From contig CBFGIY010000002.1 of the NCBI GenBank assembly GCA_965648935.1, positions 28,505 to 69,776 of the forward strand: a stretch of DNA of 41,272 nt, given 5' to 3'. The notes under the pieces were generated by a model. The model searched no databases, was not told the DNA's origin, and saw nothing but the letters and a program-made list of their open reading frames with translations. Shown one piece after another: positions 8,682-18,014 of the stretch. The translations under genes and the position numbers were made by a program. The first letter of the stretch is position 1. Every line of letters begins with the position of its first letter. Source of the DNA: a candidate division WOR-3 bacterium. GTDB lineage: Bacteria; Hydrothermota; Tepidihabitantia; Tepidihabitantales; Tepidihabitantaceae.

Positions 8682-10355
8682 ATGTACCGCACAGCAGTAA
8701 TGACAGCAGTGGCGGCCTTGTTTGCCGTTGCCACGGCAAACGCGCCCTGGGCCGACCCGTCCTTTGACCCGAACGCGATACGAATCCAGTCCGAGGCGCC
8801 AGTCACGGGCGTGCTCGACGCCGAGGCTCGACCGGCCGGCTCAAGCGTCATCATCACGACAGACGAGGTCGACCACACCCGGACCGGGTCCGGACCGGCC
8901 CGCGAACTGCCCGCAGGCGACGCACCAGGTGCTCTTCTGCCCTTCATTGACTGGGGCAACGACAGGCTCATCGACAGCCTTAACGAACTGCCGGTTTGGG
9001 GCAAGATACAGGCCGATGTCGCGCCCAACGGCGACATCTATGTCGGCATCCTCGACCCTGACGACGGCGCGACCAACGACACGGTCTCGTTCTACCGCTC
9101 GACCAACGGCGGCCAGACCTGGACCTACCTCAACCGAATCGCCGGACCCTCGGGCGACATCCGCGACTTCACTCTGCGCGTCGGGGCAAGCGGCTCGTCG
9201 GTCTGGTGGTACGCTTTCGTTGTCTACGACGGCGTCGCCGGAATCTACGTCCGACGCATGCGTCCCGACCTCACGGGCCTGCAATGGACCCAGATTGCTG
9301 CGGGCGACACATTCGTGCGCATCACCGCCGACCGCAACATCGAGAACCCCCACCACCTCTTCGCCGCCTGGGAAACCCAGAACGGCTTGCTGAGGATGCA
9401 AAGCTCGAGCGACTCGGCTACGACCTGGGGCAACAATCGCAATGTCAACGCCAACGTCACCAGACCGTCCGTCGCAGCCGGTGCCGACGGCTACGTCTAC
9501 ATTGCGTATCTCTTCCGTAACGACTCGACACGCTACCATGTCGGCCGCTACACAAACAACCTCATCAGCCCGAGTTTCGTCTTCAACTCCTGTGATTCGG
9601 GTCCGGACAATCGCTTCCTGAATCTGTCGGTCGCTGGAGCGCGCACCACGCCGGGCAGCTCCCAGCGCGCCATCATCCTCGCGACCTACCGCTACGTCCC
9701 CAACGGCAACATCGGGCCGCGCTACTCCTGGACCACCAATGGGGGAACGAATTGGAGCTCGTCCTTCTGGCCGCCGACTAACGTAGCCCGCTCGACCTGG
9801 CGAGCTCACGGTCCGGCCATCCGCGTCGGGTATGGCGAACCCAGCGTGTTCCGCGCCATCGTATCGATGCCCGAGCCCACGGCCAGTTTTGACTCGATCG
9901 TCTATGCCTTCGCTTACGACGACAGCATGAGCAACTGGGTCGGCCGCGGCGTGTACAACGACCACCGGGCCACGGGCGAGTTCGGCGGAGCAATCGGCAT
10001 CTCCTCACAGACTGGCGGTGGTTTCATTGCCTATCGCGAGTACGCCTCGACGCGCATCTGGTTTGACGGCTGGTCGTTCACCGGCGTCGCCCAGGACCCC
10101 GCAACCGAGCTGCCGGATGGACGGATGAGCGCACCATTCGGCGCGCGCCGGATCCGGCTCGGCCTTGACCGGGCCGCGCCGGTCCGCGCCACGGTCACTG
10201 ACGCCGCGGGCCGCACCCGCACCGTGCTGCATGATGGCATCCTTCCGGCAGGAAACCATACCCTCAGCCTGCCCGCGCTCCGTCGTGGCGTGTACTTCGT
10301 CACGGTCGATATCGCCGGGCGCCGCGAACGAGCCAAGCTCACGCTGACCGACTGA
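8682..10355 (+). CDS. Secreted Asp-box/BNR-repeat (beta-propeller-like) protein with T9SS-like C-terminal domain
   Basis: Signal peptide; repeats RSTNGGQTW, SSSDSATTW, WTTNGGTNW; C-terminal DAAGR...GNHTL...GVYFVTV...KLTL. Confidence 0.7.
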   Translation: MYRTAVMTAVAALFAVATANAPWADPSFDPNAIRIQSEAPVTGVLDAEARPAGSSVIITTDEVDHTRTGSGPARELPAGDAPGALLPFIDWGNDRLIDSLNELPVWGKIQADVAPNGDIYVGILDPDDGATNDTVSFYRSTNGGQTWTYLNRIAGPSGDIRDFTLRVGASGSSVWWYAFVVYDGVAGIYVRRMRPDLTGLQWTQIAAGDTFVRITADRNIENPHHLFAAWETQNGLLRMQSSSDSATTWGNNRNVNANVTRPSVAAGADGYVYIAYLFRNDSTRYHVGRYTNNLISPSFVFNSCDSGPDNRFLNLSVAGARTTPGSSQRAIILATYRYVPNGNIGPRYSWTTNGGTNWSSSFWPPTNVARSTWRAHGPAIRVGYGEPSVFRAIVSMPEPTASFDSIVYAFAYDDSMSNWVGRGVYNDHRATGEFGGAIGISSQTGGGFIAYREYASTRIWFDGWSFTGVAQDPATELPDGRMSAPFGARRIRLGLDRAAPVRATVTDAAGRTRTVLHDGILPAGNHTLSLPALRRGVYFVTVDIAGRRERAKLTLTD

Positions 10356-10373
10356 CGTTCTCTGCCCGCGCAC

Positions 10374-10406
10374 GAGCCGCCCGGCAGATTGCCGGGCGGC
10401 TCTTTT
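10374..10406 (+). terminator. Intrinsic terminator
   Basis: GAGCCGCCCGGCA-GAT-TGCCGGGCGGCTC 13-bp stem followed by TTTT. Confidence 0.85.
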
Positions 10407-10681
10407 GTATCAGCCCTGCTGCGTGCGTCAGATAAACCGACAGAGGCAGTGACAGACAGCGTGAAGACTCGATCGGTCACTCCGGATGGAAGGCTCTGTG
10501 TCGCGGCTCTGGCGAAGCCGTCCCCCGAGCAGGGGTATCAAGAGCCAGCCAACTCAAACAACATCAAGAGACATAATGTGATACCATCACTTACCTAGAA
10601 TCCACCTACTGTAACCGTAGTTACAGGCCCAGCATAGAACGCTAGCGGACCGGCCTGTGGACCTGCCCTGCCCTCGGCCGC

Positions 10682-10709
10682 TTGACCTCGCCTAGTGCCG
10701 CACTATCAT
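10682..10709 (+). promoter_or_regulatory. sigma70-like promoter
   Basis: TTGACC-16 nt-TATCAT; SD GAGGAGG before GTG 10744. Confidence 0.65.
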
Positions 10710-10743
10710 TGCCGGAACGTCGAAGACTGAGGAGGTACGCCGC

Positions 10744-11301
10744 GTGAAGAGAAATGCGCCATCGGGCCGGGCCGCGACCAGCAGAGCGCTTGCCGCCGCC
10801 ACCAAGCGTGCCCGAGAACTGGGCATCAAACACATCGTGGTCGCTTCGACCACGGGTCGGACAGCGCTCGAACTGGCTGAACTGACCAGAACCGACTTCG
10901 AGGTCGTCTGCGTCAGCCATCACGCCGGTTTTCGTGAGCCGGGCAAATGCGAACTAACGTCCGAAACCGAGAACAAGCTCGCCGAGATGGGCATCTGGGT
11001 CGTCCGTGCCGGACACGCGCTTTCCGGGATTGAGCGAGCGATTCGGTCGAAATTCGGCGGGCTCGGCCCGGCCGAAACCATCGCCTGGACCCTGCGCACC
11101 TTTGGCGAAGGCACCAAGGTCTGCGTCGAGATCGCCTTGATGGCGCTGGATGCGGGAGTGATACCCTGGGGCAAAGACATCGTTGCGATAGCCGGCACCG
11201 GAAGCGGCGCAGACACAGCACTCGTGCTCCGCCCGGCAAACGCGAAGTCGTTCTTCGACCTCAAGGTCAGGGAAGTGATCGTCAAACCAACCGATTGGTA
11301 G
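10744..11301 (+). CDS. Pyruvate kinase C-terminal-like (PK_C, MTH1675-type) protein
   Basis: IVVASTTGRTA, HHAGF, HALSGIER, GTKVCVEIALMALDAG, GTGSGADTA motifs. Confidence 0.8.
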   Translation: MKRNAPSGRAATSRALAAATKRARELGIKHIVVASTTGRTALELAELTRTDFEVVCVSHHAGFREPGKCELTSETENKLAEMGIWVVRAGHALSGIERAIRSKFGGLGPAETIAWTLRTFGEGTKVCVEIALMALDAGVIPWGKDIVAIAGTGSGADTALVLRPANAKSFFDLKVREVIVKPTDW

Positions 11302-11312
11302 GAGGTCCTGTC

Positions 11313-11750
11313 ATGGCTGAGTGTCCTTTCTGCCAGATAGTCGCCGGCAAGGCGCCGTGCCGCAAAGTATATGAGGACGAGCATACAATGGCGTTTCTCG
11401 ACCTCCACCCGATTTCGCGCGGCCACTGCCTTGTCATACCCAAGAAGCACGTGGTCTGGTTCACTGACATCGAGCCGCAGGACAACGTCGCCGGCCCGTT
11501 CCTGAAGACCTGCTATGTCGTCGCCCGGAAGATAAAGCACGCGTTTGACTGCGAGTACGTGACAATGCTCATCCGCGGGACACGCGTGCCCCACCTGCAT
11601 ATGCTGCTCGTACCAACAATCCGCGGCGAAGAGAACCTGCTCGACAAGACATTGGCGATGCACCACTTCGCGCAGGTACGGATGCGACCGCCGTTCACCG
11701 GGCCCGAGTTGGACCGTATCGCCGAGCAGGTGCGTGAAGCGCGGGTATAG
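11313..11750 (+). CDS. HIT family nucleotide-binding protein
   Basis: CPFCQIV, AFLDLHPISRGHCLVIPKKH, VPHLHML; ATG 11313 after GGAGG. Confidence 0.85.
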   Translation: MAECPFCQIVAGKAPCRKVYEDEHTMAFLDLHPISRGHCLVIPKKHVVWFTDIEPQDNVAGPFLKTCYVVARKIKHAFDCEYVTMLIRGTRVPHLHMLLVPTIRGEENLLDKTLAMHHFAQVRMRPPFTGPELDRIAEQVREARV

Positions 11751-12456
11751 GTCCGAACCTGTCAACGCGGCCGACACGGACAAGTGGCACGACCGCGTAT
11801 TCGTCAGGGGCTGGGACAGCCTGTCCCAGAACCCCTTGAAGGCTGAACAGCTTGACCTCATTGTGTCAGTCATTCGGGACAACTGGCGCCCGGGCGCGCG
11901 CGTTCTCGATCTGGGCTGCGGCACAGGCAAGCTCGAGGCCGAGTTGCTGGCCAGGGTGCCCGAGGCGCGCGTTGTCTGCGTTGACCGCTCCGAGGTGATG
12001 CTGGAACGCGCGCGGGAGCGCCTCTCCGACCGCTGCCGCCTCCTGCATCACGACCTGAACCGATTGGACCGGCTCCACCTACACGAGTCTCCGTTCCGCT
12101 TCATCGTCTGCGTCGACGTCATCCACGAACTAACCGACCCGGCCAAGCAGCGGCTGCTGCGCTTCTGTCACGCCAATCTCGGCCAGAGCGGCCTGCTCCT
12201 GGTCCTTGACCGCCTGGCAATTGACACAAACCTTCTGCGGCCCGCATATCACAGCACTCTCGCTCGACTTCAGCGCACGACCGGTGCCAAGGGCGGCCAG
12301 TTTTCGGACTGCTTCACCGACCCGCGCCACCGCGACCATGAGCACCCCTGGACTCTGGACCGCTACATCGCAGGCTTTCGGCGCGCCGGGCTGCGCGCGG
12401 GGTGCCTGCACCTGCACTTTCACAAGGCGGTCTTCGCGGCGCGCCGCGCACGCTGA
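11734..12456 (+). CDS. Class I SAM-dependent methyltransferase
   Basis: VLDLGCGTG motif I and VDRSEVMLERAR; start uncertain. Confidence 0.8.
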   Translation: MKRGYRSEPVNAADTDKWHDRVFVRGWDSLSQNPLKAEQLDLIVSVIRDNWRPGARVLDLGCGTGKLEAELLARVPEARVVCVDRSEVMLERARERLSDRCRLLHHDLNRLDRLHLHESPFRFIVCVDVIHELTDPAKQRLLRFCHANLGQSGLLLVLDRLAIDTNLLRPAYHSTLARLQRTTGAKGGQFSDCFTDPRHRDHEHPWTLDRYIAGFRRAGLRAGCLHLHFHKAVFAARRAR

Positions 12457-12464
12457 CAAGACGA

Positions 12465-12488
12465 ACCGGCCGGCGCTTGCCGGCCGGT
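12465..12488. terminator. Hairpin between convergent genes (possible bidirectional terminator)
   Basis: ACCGGCCGGC-GCTT-GCCGGCCGGT; no clear U-tract. Confidence 0.5.
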
Positions 12489-12509
12489 CACAATGGCGTT
12501 CAGTGGGGT

Positions 12510-14957
12510 CTACTTCGGCTCGGGTGGAACCGTTGTCTCCTCTTCGATGAGCGCGACATCAACCACCGCGTCACCCTTTTCAACGCTCATCACCTTCACT
12601 CCAGTGGTATTGCGGCCGCACTGGCGAATCTCCGAACATTTGACCCGGATGACGACACCCTGCCTCGATGACACTATGACCTCGGACGAATTGCTCACCG
12701 CCTTGGCTGCGGCCAGCTTGCCCGACTTCTCGACCGGCCGGGCCGCGATGATGCCCGAGCCGCCACGGCTCTGCACCCGGAACTCATCAAAGCTCGTGCG
12801 CTTGCCGAAACCGTTGTCAAACACAGTGAGAAGCGAGTAACCCTCGCGCACCACGACCGCGCCTATGACCGAGTCGCCCTTGCCCAGCCTTATGCCGCGC
12901 ACGCCGGCAGCGGTCCGGCCCATGTCACGCACGTCCTTCTCGTGAAACCGGATGCTTTGGCCATCGCGGGTGACGATGAGGATATCATCCTTGCCAGAGG
13001 TGAGCAGTGTCGCAACAAGGGCGTCGCCCGGGTCAATGCCCATGGCGATGATGCCCTTGCGACGGGGGTTGGAGAAAGCATCGAGCGCGACCCGCTTGAC
13101 CTTGCCGAGACGCGTGACAAAGAAAACGAACTGGCCGGTTTCGAATCCGCGCACCGCGAGGTATGATGTCGTCGCCTCGCTCTTCTCCATCTCGACGAGA
13201 TTGGCAATTGAACGGCCGCGCGCCGCGTGCGAACCCTCGGGAATCTCGTAGACCTTCTGCCAGTAGCACCGGCCCCGGTCGGTGAAGAACATCATGAAAT
13301 CGTGGGTCGAGGCGATGAACAGCCCTTCGACAAAGTCCTCGTCCTGCACGCTGACCCCGGTGCGTCCCTGGCCGCCTCGGCCCTGCCGGCGGTACACCGA
13401 GACCGGCATCCGCTTGATGTAACCGCGGTGGGTGACGGTCACGGCCATATCCTCTTCCTTGATGAGGTCTTCGATCGACAGGTCCTCGACTGCGCCGCGC
13501 ACGATCTGGGTGCGGCGCTCGTCGCCGAAACGACGCTTGAGTTCGAGCAGCTCCGCTCGGATTTCCCGCATCATCAGCGGCTTTGACTCCAGCAGGCTCT
13601 TCAGCCGAGCAATCTCCTTGATGAGATTGCGGTATTCCTCGTCGACCTTATCCCGCTCCAGGCCGGTGAGCCGGGCCAGGCGCATCTCAAGAATCGCATC
13701 GGCCTGGCGCTGGCTGAGCTTGAAGCGCTTCATCAGACCTTCGCGGGCGGCTTCGGTGTCCTTGGACTTCTTGATGAGCTCGATGACCGCGTCGATGTTC
13801 TTCAACGCGATCTTGAGTCCCTCGAGAATGTGGGCGCGGTCCTCTGCCCGGGCCAGCTCATAGCGGGTGCGCCGCGTCACGGTCTCGAAGCGGAACTCGA
13901 GGAATGCCTCAAGCATCGCCTTGAGATTCATCACCTTCGGCTCGCCGTCGTGGAGCACGAGCAGGATGATGCTGAAGTTGCTCTGCAGCTCGGTGTACTT
14001 GTAGAGCTGGTTGAGAATGACTTCCTTGACCGCGTCGCGCTTCAGTTCGAGGACCACACGCATTCCGTCACGGTCCGACTCGTCACGCAGGTCCGAAACC
14101 CCTTGAATCTTCTTGTCGCGCACGAGCTGGGCGATGCGCGCGATCAGATTGGACTTGTTGACCTGATAGGGTATCTCGGTGATGACCAGCCGGTCGCGCC
14201 CGGCCTTCACCTCCTCGAACTGCACGGTGCCGCGCATCACAACCGTACCCCGCCCGGTCTCGTAGGCCTGTCTGACGCCGTCCAGCCCGACAATCGCCGC
14301 ACCGGTCGGGAAGTCCGGTCCCTTGATGAGCCGGTACAGCGCGCGGCCTTCGGTCTTCGGCTCGTCGATGAGCGCTACCAGGCCGTCAATGAGTTCGCCA
14401 AGGTTGTGCGGCGGGATGTTGGTCGCCATCCCGACCGCGATACCGGCCGCGCCATTGGCCAGGAGATTCGGGAACGCAGCGGGCAGCACCTTTGGCTCTT
14501 TGAGCCGTTCGTCAAAGTTGGGCTGGAAGTCTACTGTATCTTTGTCCAGGTCCGCCAGCAGTTCGGTCGCCAGTGGCTGCAGCCGCGCCTCGGTGTAGCG
14601 GTAGGCCGCAGCCGCATCGCCGTCGACAGACCCGAAGTTGCCCTGGCCCTGAACGAGCGGGTAGCGCAGCGAGAAACCCTGGGCCATGCGCACCATCGCG
14701 TCATAGACTGCCGAGTCGCCGTGAGGATGATACTTGCCCAGCACGTCGCCGACCACGGCTGCCGACTTGCGGAACGGCCGATTTGGCGCAAGGCCCATCT
14801 CGTTCATCGTGAAGAGAATGCGCCGCTGGACTGGCTTCAGACCGTCCCGGACGTCGGGCAGAGCCCGTGCCACAATGACGGACATCGCGTAGTCCAGAAA
14901 CGACCGGCGGACCTCATCCTCGATGTAGACCGGTACGATTGACTCGTCGCGTTGCAT
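12510..14957 (-). CDS. gyrA: DNA gyrase subunit A
   Basis: [36 protein letters not shown] (catalytic Tyr), GyrA-box QGRGGQG and C-terminal pinwheel repeats. Confidence 0.97.
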   Translation of the reverse strand: MQRDESIVPVYIEDEVRRSFLDYAMSVIVARALPDVRDGLKPVQRRILFTMNEMGLAPNRPFRKSAAVVGDVLGKYHPHGDSAVYDAMVRMAQGFSLRYPLVQGQGNFGSVDGDAAAAYRYTEARLQPLATELLADLDKDTVDFQPNFDERLKEPKVLPAAFPNLLANGAAGIAVGMATNIPPHNLGELIDGLVALIDEPKTEGRALYRLIKGPDFPTGAAIVGLDGVRQAYETGRGTVVMRGTVQFEEVKAGRDRLVITEIPYQVNKSNLIARIAQLVRDKKIQGVSDLRDESDRDGMRVVLELKRDAVKEVILNQLYKYTELQSNFSIILLVLHDGEPKVMNLKAMLEAFLEFRFETVTRRTRYELARAEDRAHILEGLKIALKNIDAVIELIKKSKDTEAAREGLMKRFKLSQRQADAILEMRLARLTGLERDKVDEEYRNLIKEIARLKSLLESKPLMMREIRAELLELKRRFGDERRTQIVRGAVEDLSIEDLIKEEDMAVTVTHRGYIKRMPVSVYRRQGRGGQGRTGVSVQDEDFVEGLFIASTHDFMMFFTDRGRCYWQKVYEIPEGSHAARGRSIANLVEMEKSEATTSYLAVRGFETGQFVFFVTRLGKVKRVALDAFSNPRRKGIIAMGIDPGDALVATLLTSGKDDILIVTRDGQSIRFHEKDVRDMGRTAAGVRGIRLGKGDSVIGAVVVREGYSLLTVFDNGFGKRTSFDEFRVQSRGGSGIIAARPVEKSGKLAAAKAVSNSSEVIVSSRQGVVIRVKCSEIRQCGRNTTGVKVMSVEKGDAVVDVALIEEETTVPPEPK

Positions 14958-14965
14958 GCGTCCTG

Positions 14966-14993
14966 ACTATATTGACGCTTGCCCAAATGTCAA
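14966..14993 (-). promoter_or_regulatory. gyrA promoter (near-leaderless)
   Basis: TTGACA-16 nt-TATAGT, ATG 8 nt downstream. Confidence 0.7.
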
Positions 14994-15026
14994 ACACAGC
15001 AGGAGATAACGCGCCTGGGCAGTTCG

Positions 15027-15054
15027 TTGACACCCGCTGCGAAATGACTATGAT
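15027..15054 (+). promoter_or_regulatory. sigma70-like promoter
   Basis: TTGACA-16 nt-TATGAT; SD AAGGAGG before ATG 15093. Confidence 0.7.
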
Positions 15055-15092
15055 TCGGTGCTGTCCCTCAGAATCCTTAAGGAGGATTTCTA

Positions 15093-16727
15093 ATGAAAGC
15101 CACTCGGCTGAGAAGTTTGCCGCTGCTGGGGCTGCTGCTGCTCTTCGTGGCACCGCTCGCCGCACAGCAGATACCGCTTGACGCGCTGTTGCGCGGCGGC
15201 CGCATTCACTATGAAGGCCAGCGCTTCGAGCGGGCCCGCGAGCAGTTCCAGAAGGCGCTGGACCAGTACGGCGCGGCTGCTGATGGCGCCAAGCTCGCAG
15301 AGATACACACCTGGCTTGGCCTCTGCGACGCCCAGCTGCAGCAGCGTCGTTCCGCTGCGGGTCACTTCCTCACCGCACTTGAGAAGGACCCGGCCATGGC
15401 CGAGAAGATAAAGGCCAACGAGCAGTGGCAGTACTACGCTTACACCTCGCTGGTGTATCGCACGCGCGAGGACTACGCCAACGGCGACTTCGAGAACGCT
15501 CTGGCCGCCGCCAGTGCCGCGGTAAAGGTCGACCCGCAGAAGCCGCAGGGCTACACTTTCCTTGCCAACAGCTACAATGCCCTCGGCCGTCACGACGATA
15601 TGCGTCGGGTGGCCGATGACCTGCTCAAGCTCGATTCGTTGAGCGCCGAAGCCTTCAGTCTCCTCGGCCTGTACTTCCTGCAGAAGCCGGACAGCCTCTG
15701 GCCGGCAGGAACGCCCGCGACAATGCGCTGGGACTCGACAGAGTATTTCTACGACCGCGCGATCGCGGTCTATGTCGACCGGATGGCCAAGGCTCGCACC
15801 CAGCTGGCGACGATTCTCAAGACTGACGACCAGTCGCGCCTGTCATCCGTCGTGTCCCGGCTGATCGGCCTGAGCCGGCAGCGCGACCAGGCAGCCTTGG
15901 AGACCTACATCAAGAAGGACCTCGATCGCGAGCGCCAGCTCGCCGAGGTTGCCCAGGTTGCAGGGCAGCTCTTCTTCGCCGCAACCAGTATCAACTCGGC
16001 CAGCTCTCGAGCAGGCACCGCGATGCTCCGCGCTGCTGCCGAGGCCAAGGCCGACGCCTCCGAGCGCTACCGTGCCAAGGCCGAGAAGCTGTTTGCCGTG
16101 GCTGTCGAGCACGACTCTGCCGACTTCGTTTCGCTGTTTGACCTCGGCCTCGCCCAGTACCAGGGCGGCAAGGATAGTGCTGCGGCTTACTCGATGCAGC
16201 TGGTGCTTGACCGCGCCAATCTGTCGCTGGCGGCCGCGCCGGCACGCTGGCTTGATTCGTTGCTTGCGCTTGCGACTCCGGAGGCGCGCGCCAAGGGATA
16301 TGCCGCAGTGCCGCCCTCGATCGGCGCCGCGGTCGATTCGATTCTGACCGCGCAGGGCCGCAGCCAGGTCATGCATGCCTGGCTGTATTTCCCCCACCTC
16401 CGGGAGCAGAAAGCGGCCACTCCTTTGACGATTGCTGACACCAACGGTGTTTTCCTTAGCAGCCTCCAGCCTTCGTTGCTCGAACAAGTCTACCTCTGGC
16501 TGGGCAGCAGTCAGACGGCGCTCGGCAGCTCGCTTACCGACGCCAAACGAACAACCGAGGCAAAGGCTGCGTTCACCGCCGCGCTCGCCAACCTCCAGAT
16601 GGCTGCCAAGCTCAACCCGAACTCCCCTGACGCATACCAGAACATGGGTATATGCTACCGAGAGCTGGGCCAGAAGGACAAGGCGTTCGACGCGTTCCAG
16701 AAGGCCGACAAGCTGCGCAAGAAGTAG
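15093..16727 (+). CDS. Exported tetratricopeptide-repeat protein
   Basis: Signal peptide; TPR-like helices, e.g. AAKLNPNSPDAYQNMGICYRELGQKDKAFDAFQKA. Confidence 0.75.
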   Translation: MKATRLRSLPLLGLLLLFVAPLAAQQIPLDALLRGGRIHYEGQRFERAREQFQKALDQYGAAADGAKLAEIHTWLGLCDAQLQQRRSAAGHFLTALEKDPAMAEKIKANEQWQYYAYTSLVYRTREDYANGDFENALAAASAAVKVDPQKPQGYTFLANSYNALGRHDDMRRVADDLLKLDSLSAEAFSLLGLYFLQKPDSLWPAGTPATMRWDSTEYFYDRAIAVYVDRMAKARTQLATILKTDDQSRLSSVVSRLIGLSRQRDQAALETYIKKDLDRERQLAEVAQVAGQLFFAATSINSASSRAGTAMLRAAAEAKADASERYRAKAEKLFAVAVEHDSADFVSLFDLGLAQYQGGKDSAAAYSMQLVLDRANLSLAAAPARWLDSLLALATPEARAKGYAAVPPSIGAAVDSILTAQGRSQVMHAWLYFPHLREQKAATPLTIADTNGVFLSSLQPSLLEQVYLWLGSSQTALGSSLTDAKRTTEAKAAFTAALANLQMAAKLNPNSPDAYQNMGICYRELGQKDKAFDAFQKADKLRKK

Positions 16728-16748
16728 CTTCCAAGAGAGGTAACGCCC

Positions 16749-17717
16749 GTGACCAAACTGCTCAATGTCCTGATAATCCTGCTGGCCATCGCACTGGTCG
16801 CCGTAATCGTCTACCCGCAGATACAAGAGAACCGACCCGTGACACTGACTCTGGCCTGCGACAGCTCAGCCGCGTCATTGCCGTTTCTTGTCGCCGTCGA
16901 GGAGTCGCTCTTTGAGGCGAACCGCATTACACCGCAGCTGGTGTTCTACTCCGACCCCGACTTGGCGCTTGCCGACCTCTTCGCCGGCAAGTTCGACGTC
17001 GGCATCTTTCCTTGGAGCACGGTACTCAAGCGATGGAGTGAGAAGGACGAAACGCTCAAGGTCTTCATGGCGCAGGAGTACCGGCAGTCGCTCTTCGTCG
17101 ATGCCATCGTGGCGCCGGTCAAAGGCAAGGTCAAGACCCTGGCCGACCTGCGCGGCCGCAAGCTCGCCTACGTGGCACAGCTGCGCGACTACGTTCCGGT
17201 AATGCTGATGAGCAACGGGCTGACCACAAAAGACCTTACCCTCGTTGAGGTCGGGTTCTCCGGAATCCTGAACGAACTCCGAAGCGGAGCGGTTGACGCG
17301 GCCTGGCTTGTTGAACCTCTGATCTGCCCGCTTGATACGACCCAGTTCCGCATCATCCAGCCGGCGGCGCTGGCCCGCTTCGTCGCCCAGCCATTCCCGG
17401 GCGCCGCTGTCGGCTTCGCCCCGGCCTTCCTTGAGCGCAGCCGCACTCTGCCGGTTCGGCTCAAACGGAGCATGGACGCCGCCGCATCTCTGATCGACAC
17501 GAAGACCGATGACGTGAAGGCGATACTCGGCCGCTACTTCAGCTTCTGCACGGACTACTGCGGATTCTGCCGCATACCAGAACCACAGCGCCTTGCCGAG
17601 ATCAACAAGCCGGCGGTTAGCGCTCTGGCCTCGCGACTGGCCCTCGCCGGGATCATCAGCAGAGGTGACCTCGATACAAAGTCAGCGCTGGTTGAGCCGT
17701 CAAAGGTCATAAGATGA
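16749..17717 (+). CDS. ABC transporter substrate-binding protein (SsuA/NMT1/THI5-like)
   Basis: N-terminal TM anchor; LPFLVAVEE, ALADLFAGKFDV, KTLADLRGRKL, LRSGAVDAAWLVEP; SD GAGG before GTG. Confidence 0.75.
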   Translation: MTKLLNVLIILLAIALVAVIVYPQIQENRPVTLTLACDSSAASLPFLVAVEESLFEANRITPQLVFYSDPDLALADLFAGKFDVGIFPWSTVLKRWSEKDETLKVFMAQEYRQSLFVDAIVAPVKGKVKTLADLRGRKLAYVAQLRDYVPVMLMSNGLTTKDLTLVEVGFSGILNELRSGAVDAAWLVEPLICPLDTTQFRIIQPAALARFVAQPFPGAAVGFAPAFLERSRTLPVRLKRSMDAAASLIDTKTDDVKAILGRYFSFCTDYCGFCRIPEPQRLAEINKPAVSALASRLALAGIISRGDLDTKSALVEPSKVIR

Positions 17718-17724
17718 TAAACAC

Positions 17725-18005
17725 GGTCCGGTCGCGCTAGACGGGGGGCTGGCGGTCCCCTGTAACCCGAAACCCGCCCATGCGGGGTCGACAGGCAAGC
17801 CGAGCCGTGTGCATAGCGGACCAGCCGTGGTTCACGCGCCGACGGTGAAAGCCGGGTCTCGTGACGCCGCCCGCCGCCAACCCCGTCAGGACCGGAAGGT
17901 AGCAGCGGTAACCGGATCGGACGGTGGTCGCGGGGACGCCTGGCTGGAGTCGACCTGTGTCCCGGCCCCGAACTGCAGCGGCGAAGATGCTCGCGCGACC
18001 GGACC
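17725..18005 (+). ncRNA. ffs: Signal recognition particle RNA, long form with Alu domain
   Basis: Helix-8 motif CCGTCAGGACCGGAAGGTAGCAGCGG; 5' part GCTAGACGGGGGGCTGGCGGTCCCCTGTAACCCGAAACCCGC resembles the Bacillus scRNA Alu domain; termini GGTCCGGTCGCGC/GCGCGACCGGACC pair; lies directly before dnaX. Confidence 0.92.
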
Positions 18006-18014
18006 TTTAGAGAA

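Noticed and set aside
10566..10593. dif-like site (CATAATGTGAT resembles a XerC arm plus spacer)
   Set aside because: No XerD arm (TTATGTTAAAT-like) follows.
10480..10670. SAM-I or cobalamin riboswitch fragments (TATCAAGAG, ACTGTAA, GACCTGCC)
   Set aside because: The motifs are incomplete or in the wrong order and lie upstream of the predicted promoter.
13830..14942. Long antisense or alternate-frame ORFs (e.g. 370 aa opposite gyrA; also 8841-9965, 10920-11930, 15843-16826, 33701-34723)
   Set aside because: They shadow well-supported genes, show no family motifs and are expected at high GC.
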